Positions 47,072 to 54,341 of a stretch of 64,000 nucleotides of DNA are shown here, one piece after another. Under the pieces are notes generated by a model. That model did not search any database and had not been told where the DNA came from. It saw only the letters and a program-made list of their open reading frames with translations. Made by a program: the position numbers and the translations under genes. Source of the stretch: Vicinamibacterales bacterium (GTDB lineage Bacteria; Acidobacteriota; Vicinamibacteria; Vicinamibacterales; UBA8438); NCBI GenBank assembly GCA_965207265.1, contig OZ242279.1, positions 4,049,691 to 4,113,690 on the forward strand. Direction: 5' to 3'. Position 1 is the stretch's first letter. Each line of letters opens with the position of its first letter.

Positions 47072-47831
47072 TCAATCGCCGCGGCCGCCGTCCGACCGCT
47101 CGTCGTCGTCGTCGATCAACGACGGCGACAGCAATTCGATTCGTTGCGAGGCTTCCTCGAACCCGAATCCACCGTACCCGAGAGACTCATTCGTCCCAAT
47201 CTTGCCAATGATGCCGACGACACGTCCCGCCCGTCCGGCCATGACGTCGTTGGAGTCGGCGCCTTGCCGGACTTTGTCGGCGGCATTTCGATATTCCTCC
47301 AGTAGCGGCGACGGCTTCGTGTGTTCGACGTAATGGCCTGGATTCCGGATCTTCGCAGCGGCCACGATGATCGCGGCTTCGAGATAAGGTCCAATGCCTG
47401 ATTCACTTGGTTCCGGACTGCGGGATCGGAAGAAGTCGATAACCTCGCGGTCTTCGGCTTCCCCGCGTCTGAAGCGTTCGTACAGATCGAGAATCGAGCG
47501 TTCGCATCACTACAGCCGTCGTCGCGGCCAAGGCAAACGACGGACTGTCCTTCTGTAGCGACGCGAAGACCAAGCCCAAGCGATGGATAGACTGCGCGAC
47601 CCGGCGAAGGCTGAGGTCGGATCCGCTGAACAGACCCGCCAGCCAATTCTTGATGCTCCCGTAGTCGTCTCCGAGCCCACGGCCTCCCGGTCGGCTTCTG
47701 AAGCAGTCCTCGATTCCGGCCGACTTCAGGGTCGCTTCGATGAACGGTTCTCGCTCCGCTTCAGGAAGGCGAAAGTCCATGTCGATGAAGCGCCGCAGGT
47801 AGCCAACAGCGTCGAACTTGCTACCGGACAC
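47072..47831 (-). pseudogene. KAP-NTPase-like gene, 3' portion (one frameshift near 47,490-47,507), separated from its 5' portion by an IS
   Basis: …SKFDAVGYLRRFIDMDFRLPEAEREPF… resembles the YLEK..Q.PF.LP block of KAP P-loop NTPases. The reading continues in another frame (…ILDLYERFRRGEAEDREVIDFF…AAAKIRNPGHYVEH…) to the stop at 47072. Confidence 0.55.
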
Positions 47832-49162
47832 CTCAGAGATCCCCTCATTTGCTATGTGAACCGAATAAGACGCCAGTCCTATTGAGATAGAACATCTCGC
47901 ATTCTGAAGGTTTGCAGAATAGCGCACCTGGATTTAGAATGTGGTTCCTATGCATCCACAGCGAAACAGGCAAACGTCATCCGGGCGATGGCTTCGGAGA
48001 CACGACCTCCTGAACTTCATCAACGCCTTGTACGAAGGCGACCTGCATGCCAAGCGGGTGCTGTCACTGGCCAACGCCACCCTGGGCGTGCTGACGAGTG
48101 CGTCACTGGCAATCCATGCGGTGGGACGCGGCCTGGCGCAAGCCATGGGCACGTTGACCAAACATGGCGTCAAGCAGGTGGACCGGCTCCTGAGCAATCG
48201 AGGCATCAACGTCTGGACCTTCTTCGCCCACTGGACGCCGTACCTCATCGGCGCCCGCACCGAAGTGGTCGTCGCGCTGGATTGGACGAGTTTTGCGGCC
48301 GACAAGCAGGAGACGATCGTGCTGTCGATGTTGACCGGGCACGGGCGCGCAACGCCCCTGCTGTGGAAGACGGTGGCGTCGTCGACGCTGAAGGACAATC
48401 AGCGGCGCTATGAGTACGAGGTGCTGTGCCGGTTGCGCGAAGTGCTGCCGGACGGGGTGAAAGTCACCATCGTGGCGGATCGGGGCTTTGCCGACTGCAA
48501 GCTGTTCTATGCGTTGACGACGGAGTTGGGCTTCGAATACGTGATTCGATTGCGTGGGGACGTCTATGTGACGAACGCGAGCGGCGAACGGCGAGTGGCC
48601 GCCGGGTGGGTTGGCGCCGGCGGGCGTGCGCGGCGGCTGGTGGGGGCTCGGGTGACCGACGTGCACGAGTGGCCGGTGGGCGCGGTCGTTTGCGTACACG
48701 ATAAGAAAATGGACGAACCGTGGTGTCTGGTGGCCAGCGAAGCGTCGGTCCCGACACGGGTGTTGATTCGCTACTACGGCAAGCGCTGGGGGATCGAGGC
48801 GGGCTTCCGAGACATCAAGGACATGCGCTTCGGGATGGGTCTGTCATCGATGCATGTGTCGCGCCCGGACCGGCGGGACCGCCTGCTGTTGCTCAGCGCG
48901 TTGGCGATTGCCGTGCTGTCGTTGCTGGGCGCGGCGGGCGAGCGGATCGGCTATGACCGGTGGTTGAAGGCGAACACGGTGAAACGGCGGACGCATTCGT
49001 TGTTTCGGCAGGGGTTGATGCTGTACCACCATCTTCCCAATTGGCCCGAGGATCGGATTCGTCCGTTGATGGAGACGTTCGGGAGCATGCTGATGGAACA
49101 GCGGGTGTATCGAGAGGTCTTCGGCGTGATCTGACGCCTTGCAGAATGAGGGGATGCATGAG
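47832..49162 (+). mobile_element. complete IS4-family insertion sequence (1,331 bp) with a 9-bp target duplication
   Basis: The 9-bp direct repeat ACCGGACAC occurs at 47823-47831 and 49163-49171. The terminal inverted repeats are CTCAGAGATCCCCTCATTTGC (left) and CTCATGCATCCCCTCATTCTGC (right, reverse complement). It contains a single DDE transposase ORF. Confidence 0.85.
47941..49134 (+). CDS. IS4-family DDE transposase
   Basis: …VVVALDWTSF…, …TIVADRGFAD… and …YYGKRWGIEAGFRDIKD… give DDE plus the Y-2-R-3-E-like motif. The start is GTG 47941 or ATG 47950. Confidence 0.85.
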   Translation: MVPMHPQRNRQTSSGRWLRRHDLLNFINALYEGDLHAKRVLSLANATLGVLTSASLAIHAVGRGLAQAMGTLTKHGVKQVDRLLSNRGINVWTFFAHWTPYLIGARTEVVVALDWTSFAADKQETIVLSMLTGHGRATPLLWKTVASSTLKDNQRRYEYEVLCRLREVLPDGVKVTIVADRGFADCKLFYALTTELGFEYVIRLRGDVYVTNASGERRVAAGWVGAGGRARRLVGARVTDVHEWPVGAVVCVHDKKMDEPWCLVASEASVPTRVLIRYYGKRWGIEAGFRDIKDMRFGMGLSSMHVSRPDRRDRLLLLSALAIAVLSLLGAAGERIGYDRWLKANTVKRRTHSLFRQGLMLYHHLPNWPEDRIRPLMETFGSMLMEQRVYREVFGVI

Positions 49163-49342
49163 ACCGGACACTGCGCGAATGGAGTGAGCGAGCTCCGCCA
49201 AGCAGCTCTTCGCCGTGGACCGCGTAGCGTTCGTTCTTGCCGTCAACCGTTCCTCTGCCGGTTCCTGCCGTCCGAGCAGATCGTTCTTGAACGGATCTTG
49301 CTCCGGTATCTCGATTTCCCTTGGCTGGATGCGGAATCCCAT
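49163..49342 (-). pseudogene. KAP-NTPase-like gene, 5' portion (60 codons)
   Basis: MGFRIQPREIEIPEQDPFKNDLLGRQEPAE… resembles KAP-type N-termini (D.LGR…AE). Removing the IS and one TSD copy joins …IRAVSG to SKFDAVGY… in frame. Confidence 0.5.
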
Positions 49343-49455
49343 GTTCGTGCTTCAGGTGGTCGTGTAGTGGCAGTCCGTCACAACGAGCATCGCTCGAGTT
49401 GGAATCGCCGACCGTCCAGCGTTGCCCGACGGAACACGCGCAAGGGACGATCTGC

Positions 49456-50202
49456 TCATTCGGGAACCAGCGGGAGAAACTCCGGGGCGGTCATCGGATC
49501 GTGCTGTCTCCAGGAACCGCGCATTTCGATCAACACGCGCTGCGCCGCTGGCGCCGACCAGGGATTGACCCGGACGACATCGGCTTCGTACATGCTCGGA
49601 GACTCGGCCATAGCCGCTGCGAGATCGCGCACGAGATAGCGGGGCGCCCAGCCGATCATGTGATAGTCCGTTGTTTGGATCTGCACTGCCAGCACCGTCG
49701 CCGGGTTGTTGAGCTCGAGAGTCAGTTGCAGTCTCTCACCCGACTTCAGGCTGTCGATCCGATGCCGTCCTGCCGGAGTCACATGCCGCCAGCCGTGCAG
49801 GAAGAAACGACAGGCGAATCGCCCGCCATCGCCCTTCACGAGCTTTGGAAACACTTCGTACGCGTCCGTCATGCGGTAACCGCCGCTGACGTTGAGAATC
49901 TCGATCTCGTCCGCTTGGTGGTGGAGCCCGAGTTGGCGCAGGTAGTCTTCCCGATCTGGACGGGCCGCGGACATCAGTCGATTCCTGAACAGAGAAAAAA
50001 GATACGGAGAGCGGTAATCCTGCGTCAGGTCGGGGAATTCCCACAGCGGAACGAACCGCGCCATCTCACGCGCCTGCCCCACGCCACCGACATAGCGGAA
50101 ACGATAGAGCGGGCGTTCGACGTCGGCATCCAGTCGGCCGATTGGAAACCACTGCCGACTCGACTTGTCTTGCCAGGCGAGAAACAACGTACGCACACTC
50201 AT
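49456..50202 (-). CDS. HipS-like (HipA N-subdomain-like) / HIRAN-domain fusion protein, putative partner/antitoxin of the adjacent kinase
   Basis: The N-terminal half (…WFPIGRLDAD…YRFRYVGG…LFSLFRNRL…LNVSGGYRMTDAYEVFP) follows the HipA N-terminal pattern (vG.L…F.Y…fF.NLLP…G.D..GA). The C-terminal half (…LKSGERLQLTLELNNPATVLAVQIQTTDYHMIGWAPRYLVRDL…) follows the HIRAN pattern. ATGA overlap with the kinase stop. Confidence 0.7.
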   Translation of the reverse strand: MSVRTLFLAWQDKSSRQWFPIGRLDADVERPLYRFRYVGGVGQAREMARFVPLWEFPDLTQDYRSPYLFSLFRNRLMSAARPDREDYLRQLGLHHQADEIEILNVSGGYRMTDAYEVFPKLVKGDGGRFACRFFLHGWRHVTPAGRHRIDSLKSGERLQLTLELNNPATVLAVQIQTTDYHMIGWAPRYLVRDLAAAMAESPSMYEADVVRVNPWSAPAAQRVLIEMRGSWRQHDPMTAPEFLPLVPE

Positions 50203-51080
50203 GGGGCGAGAGCCTCAAGTTGGTCGAGATTGTAGCACATGAGAGCGACCGCAAAGGTCCGAGCCGGTGCACTCATCCAGTCGTTCGGGATGCGATTGAC
50301 GATGGCGGCGACGGATTCCTCCTCCACGCCGCGCAGCTTCGCGAGTGCCGGCACGAAGTAGTCGCCGTGCGTTGCGACTGCGCGCCGAACCAGCTCGAGA
50401 GGGCTGATCGGCGGATCGCTTTCCTCCCAATAGATCGCTCCACGTCCTCGCTCCACATAGGAGCCAACTCGATTCTCGGTGAGCAGGCGCTGGCGCCGGG
50501 CATCCTGCAACTCACGCCCCAGAGAGGACGCGTGATCGAAGGAAGGGGCGACCATCCCGCGCCAGGCAGCCGCGGTGCGCCGGCGAAGCAACCCCCAGTT
50601 CTCATGATGCCGGTCGGTGTTGCCGATGATTGCATCGAGCACGGCGTACTCCGCAATGATTCTCTTGGCCTTTCGAGCGGAGCCGGGATGAACGAAGGCG
50701 TAATCCATCGCTGCCCAGATGTTGCTCAGGGTATGACTGGACTGCCCGAACCACTTGCTCGGGTCGTAGCCGTATACCGACCCTTCCAGCAAGTCGTTTC
50801 CGTGATGCAACTCGCGTCCACCGCGCGCGAAGGATTCGGTCGCCGAGCCCCGGTGGCCCTGGAACTCGGCAAGCTCTACCGTCGCGTGCCGAATCCTGAG
50901 AGCCGCCGCCACCTCTGCCGCGATCTTCTCCGCCCAATGCTCTCCTGTGCCGGGCCGCGGGTACTTGAAGAGCCAGTCTCTACCGCCGGCAGCAGCGGAC
51001 CGAGACCAGAACTTCCGCTTGCTGCCCATCGGTTCCGGAGCTGGTTGCCAGTCGGCCCGGATTTCGAGGATGGGATACAT
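50199..51080 (-). CDS. HipA-family Ser/Thr kinase, core-kinase-only (HipT-like size, 293 aa)
   Basis: Gly-rich loop analogue PMGSKRKFW, catalytic loop IGNTDRHHENWG, and Mg-binding region VAPSFDHASSLG. It lacks the N-terminal subdomain of full-length HipA. Confidence 0.8.
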   Translation of the reverse strand: MYPILEIRADWQPAPEPMGSKRKFWSRSAAAGGRDWLFKYPRPGTGEHWAEKIAAEVAAALRIRHATVELAEFQGHRGSATESFARGGRELHHGNDLLEGSVYGYDPSKWFGQSSHTLSNIWAAMDYAFVHPGSARKAKRIIAEYAVLDAIIGNTDRHHENWGLLRRRTAAAWRGMVAPSFDHASSLGRELQDARRQRLLTENRVGSYVERGRGAIYWEESDPPISPLELVRRAVATHGDYFVPALAKLRGVEEESVAAIVNRIPNDWMSAPARTFAVALMCYNLDQLEALAP

Positions 51081-51140
51081 GGCGCGGCGAAGGGGGTGGC
51101 CAGCCGTAGTGGCGGCGGGGGCGTCAAGGCGGCTCGGTCA

Positions 51141-51191
51141 GCGCCGCGCCCGGCAGGGGGGATTCTACTCCGCCGGTGGGGATCGGGCTTG
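51141..51191 (+). repeat. R2 direct repeat, right copy
   Basis: GCGCCGCGCCCGGCAGGGGGGATTCTACTCCGCCGGTGGGGATCGGGCTTG, 61 nt upstream of the kinase start. Confidence 0.85.
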
Positions 51192-51255
51192 TTCGGCGGT
51201 GGCGGGGCGCCGGCCCGCTCCGTTCTTCCCGGGGGGGCGGGGGCGGCCGCTCCGC

Positions 51256-51438
51256 TCATCGTTCCGGACAGGTGACGGCCTCGAACACCGCGACTTCCCG
51301 CGACGCCGCGCTGAGCTCCACGCCGATCAGGTGCACGGCGCGACCCGGCGCGCGGTACTTGTCCGCGTAGCCGCGCGCCCGCGACTGCGCCTGCGCCGCG
51401 CCGGTGTCGGAGCGCTCGGACACCCTGAACTCGAAGAG
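51256..51438 (-). pseudogene. C-terminal 60-codon fragment of a PD-(D/E)XK (PDDEXK_9-type) nuclease domain gene
   Basis: LFEFRVSERSDTGAAQAQSRARGYADKYRAPGRAVHLIGVELSAASREVAVFEAV matches the E.K…A..Q…K.Y…iGi.F tail of AAA-ATPase-like/PDDEXK_9 proteins. The fragment begins directly at a CTAG (51439-51442). Confidence 0.6.
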
Positions 51439-51442
51439 CTAG

Positions 51443-51975
51443 ACGTAGCAGCCCGTGGCGAAAGTCGCGGACCCGGCCTGGCCGGGGGGGGGGCGAGTTT
51501 CGTACACTGAGCGGCATGGCGATGGGCAAGAGACCGGCGGCGCGACAAGGGTCGCCGCTGTGGGTGACGACGGCGGATTTACCGACGAACGCGGGGCATC
51601 CATTCTTCGAGCGTCTCAACCGGGTCCTGGAGGATGCGGGTTTCGACGCGTTCGCGGAGAGTCTGTGCGCGGTGTTCTACGCGGCGCGGATGGGCCGGCC
51701 GAGTCTGCGTCCCGGGCGGTATTTGCGGATGCTGTTGATCGGCTACTTCGAGGGGCTGTCTTCGGAGCGCGGGATTGCGTGGCGGGTGGCCGATTCACTG
51801 AGCCTGCGGTCGTTCCTGGACCTGGATGTGACCGAGACGTCTGCAGATCACTCGACGTTGTCGCGGACGCGTCGGTTGGTCGACGTGGAGACGCACGAGG
51901 CGGTGTTTACGTGGGTTCTGGAGCGGCTGGCTGAAGCGGGGCTGGTGGCGGGGAAGACGGTCGGCATCGATACAT
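51443..51975 (+). mobile_element. 5' fragment of an IS5/IS1182-family insertion sequence
   Basis: It starts right after the CTAG and encodes the first ~153 aa of a transposase. Homology ends after …GKTVGIDT. No right end is present in the window. Confidence 0.65.
51516..51974 (+). pseudogene. truncated IS5/IS1182-family transposase (N-terminal DUF772/InsH-N region only)
   Basis: …GRPSLRPGRYLRMLLIGYFEGLSSERGIAWRVADSLSLRSFL…DHSTLSRTRR… is the N-terminal region. The DDE domain is missing, and the rest of listed ORF 51516..52274 is Arg/Ser-rich junk. Confidence 0.7.
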
Positions 51976-52048
51976 ACGGCGAGGGCGAGGGTGGAGCGTG
52001 GGCAGCGCCAGGGGATCGACAGGATCCAAGCGCCAGGGGAAATGAAGC

Positions 52049-52423
52049 ATGTCACGCCGAATCGTCACTCTCGCCGCCGTCGCGATCCTGCTACCTGTGG
52101 TTGCGAGCGCCCAGGAGCCGATCACGTTCAACGGTCGGCCGCTATCGGCCAAGGTCGAGGTCTGGACGTTGCAGGAGCCAACGGCACCAGCACCGGACGA
52201 ACCGAAACCCGCACGGCAGGGAGGCAGGCCTATACTCATTGGCGCGGTCGCGGGGGCATTCGCCGGTTGCATAGTCGGCATTGTCGTCGCGGCGGATGAT
52301 TCGGGCGGCCCCGGAGCGGCGCCATTGTGCGCTGTGGGCGGATTGATCTGGGGAGGCATCGGGGCTGGTATCGGCTTGGTCGTGAAGACGATCAGAGGCC
52401 GTCTGTCACCACCAGCGCCGTGA
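52049..52423 (+). CDS. small secreted/membrane protein with glycine-zipper helices
   Basis: Signal peptide MSRRIVTLAAVAILLPVVASAQE and two G/A-rich TM segments (ILIGAVAGAFAGCIVGIVV and VGGLIWGGIGAGIGLVV). Confidence 0.5.
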   Translation: MSRRIVTLAAVAILLPVVASAQEPITFNGRPLSAKVEVWTLQEPTAPAPDEPKPARQGGRPILIGAVAGAFAGCIVGIVVAADDSGGPGAAPLCAVGGLIWGGIGAGIGLVVKTIRGRLSPPAP

Positions 52424-52647
52424 CCACCGATCGAGACGCTGGCTGAGCCGGCGGGTGACCAGCAGCGGCCCGACCATCAGCAGCACCCAGGGCAAGTTGC
52501 GCGACCGGGCGACGAGGCCACCGTGCTGCGCTGTGCTGCGGTGCTGGAGCAGGCGGACCCCTGGCGCCATCGACGCCCGGCCGTTACCTGATCATCGACT
52601 GATTACCCGGCGTGTGCGCACTGGCAGGTGAGAGGAAAGAGCCGAGC

Positions 52648-53685
52648 ATGAGCAATCCGGAGAGCCTTCAGGTTGCGTGGCGCATCGACAGCTGGATGGT
52701 GGTCGCGCCGGAGGCCAAGAAACATCGGGAGTTGCAGTACGAGTTGGAAGACGGCCTTGACAACGCAACGTTGAGTCACCGGGACGCCATCACGCGACTG
52801 ACCGAGGCCCTGACGGCCAGTCCGGACTGGCTCGAAGGGTTGCTGCTGCGCGCCGCGCTGCATTCCGAGCTCGACGAACATGCCGACAGCGCGCGCGACT
52901 ACAAGCGCGCTTACATCCGGTGCATGGCGGTGCTGCCGAAGAACTTCAAGGGACCGCTCCCCTGGAGCATCCTGGACAACCGCACGTTCCTGCGGACCGT
53001 GGCGGCCTGGGGACTCGAACTCGTCGGTCAGCAACGCTACGGCGACGCGATCCCGGTGCTCCGGAAGCTCCTCGAGTGGAACCCGAACGACAACCAGGGG
53101 ATCCGCTACGTCCTTGGACCGACGCTGCTGCGGGCCGGCCGCCGCCGGCAGAGCATGAAGGCGCTGGCCGAAACCGCCGGCGAGAACCCGGCCATGCGCT
53201 ACGAACTCGGGCTGGCGCAGTTCGAGGACGAGAAGTACGTCGACGCGGCGACCACGCTGCGCCATGCCGGGATCGAGAACCCGTACATCGCCGAGCATCT
53301 GACGGGCACCCTGTCCCCCGAACCGATGCCTCTATGGCTTGGAAGCAACCTCCACGACTACGAAGGCGCGTACGACTATGAGGAGCACTGGTCGAAGCGC
53401 TGGGAGGAGAACGGCGAGGCCACCGACTTTCTCCGCTGGCTGCACACCCACCCTCGGGTGATGGCGGAACGGGCCGCGGCACTCGCACCGGTCGAGGAGC
53501 TGCTCTGGGAGCAGGATGTGCCCCGCCGGCACGCGCTCATCGAGAAGCAGAACGCGGTACGCGCCGGCATCGACGATGCGCTGTCCAAGGAGATTGTCGT
53601 CCGCCGGGAACTGCACGGACACGGGACCGACTATCCCTGGCGGCTCTTGCGGGCGAGGCGTGAGGAAGCACGCGGGCAGGAGTAG
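52648..53685 (+). CDS. TPR-like helical repeat protein, function unknown
   Basis: GAGAGGAAAGAG Shine-Dalgarno sequence before the ATG at 52648. The composition is protein-like, with TPR-like helices (…GDAIPVLRKLLEWNPNDNQGIRYVLG…). Confidence 0.6.
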   Translation: MSNPESLQVAWRIDSWMVVAPEAKKHRELQYELEDGLDNATLSHRDAITRLTEALTASPDWLEGLLLRAALHSELDEHADSARDYKRAYIRCMAVLPKNFKGPLPWSILDNRTFLRTVAAWGLELVGQQRYGDAIPVLRKLLEWNPNDNQGIRYVLGPTLLRAGRRRQSMKALAETAGENPAMRYELGLAQFEDEKYVDAATTLRHAGIENPYIAEHLTGTLSPEPMPLWLGSNLHDYEGAYDYEEHWSKRWEENGEATDFLRWLHTHPRVMAERAAALAPVEELLWEQDVPRRHALIEKQNAVRAGIDDALSKEIVVRRELHGHGTDYPWRLLRARREEARGQE

Positions 53686-54341
53686 CCGGTGCATTGACGG
53701 ATTGGACGAGGCGCGGCTTACCCACGACGATGACCAACCCGGCACTACTGCCGTCCGTGCAGCGTGTCGCCGATACGGGCCTGAGTCAGGCGGAGCGGCC
53801 GCGGTCTCGCGGCGGTTTCCGTGCTCACGCCGCGGAGTCGATTTCCGGTGCGGATCCGCGTGAACACGGGCCCGACCTCGTTAATTAACTGAACTCGGCG
53901 TTATCGGACGCCGGACGGGAACGCCGAAGCTCGGTCGCGGCCGCCAGGCATCCGGATGGACGACGTCATCGAGGGGATGGCGGTGGTCGCCAGACCCGGC
54001 AGTGGGGCACGGACTACGACCCTTCCTTCGACTTCGGCAGGACGCCCATCGATCGGCGACCGCTGGAAGGAACCGTCCGCAGCCTGGCGGTCACGCTGGA
54101 GCCCGATTTTCCGACGCAGGAAGGATCCGTGCCGTCCGGGATGCTCCGCATCACCTGGGGCGACGCGGAGCACTTCACCTCCTGGCACATGCTCTGGCCG
54201 TAGCGGAACGGGCAAGCCCGCCCGGTCCGGGCCGCGAGGTCTGCGAGCCCCGCCGCTGCCGCTTGAGCCTCGCGTCGAAGTGCACTACGCTGCCCTTCAC
54301 TGACACGCGGCCCACGAGGGGGAGGTCCCATCCGCATCGAG

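Noticed and set aside
47116-47646. Listed ORF 47116..47646 (-) as a separate gene.
   Set aside because: Its frame is neither of the two frames that carry the KAP-like sequence, and its translation is junk-like. The locus is better explained as one frameshifted pseudogene.
52406-52575. Unlisted ~56-codon minus-strand ORF (MAPGVRLLQHRS…NLPWVLLMVGPLLVTRRL…) with one hydrophobic helix.
   Set aside because: It is below a meaningful length, overlaps the 3' end of the 52049..52423 gene, and has no Shine-Dalgarno sequence or homology signal that I can see. Support is insufficient.
53901-54215. Listed ORFs 53901..54215 (-) and 53956..54303 (+) as genes.
   Set aside because: Their composition is Arg/Pro/Gly-rich and no family signal is present. 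A different, start-less plus frame in the same place looks more protein-like (reported as a remnant), which implies these two are shadow ORFs.
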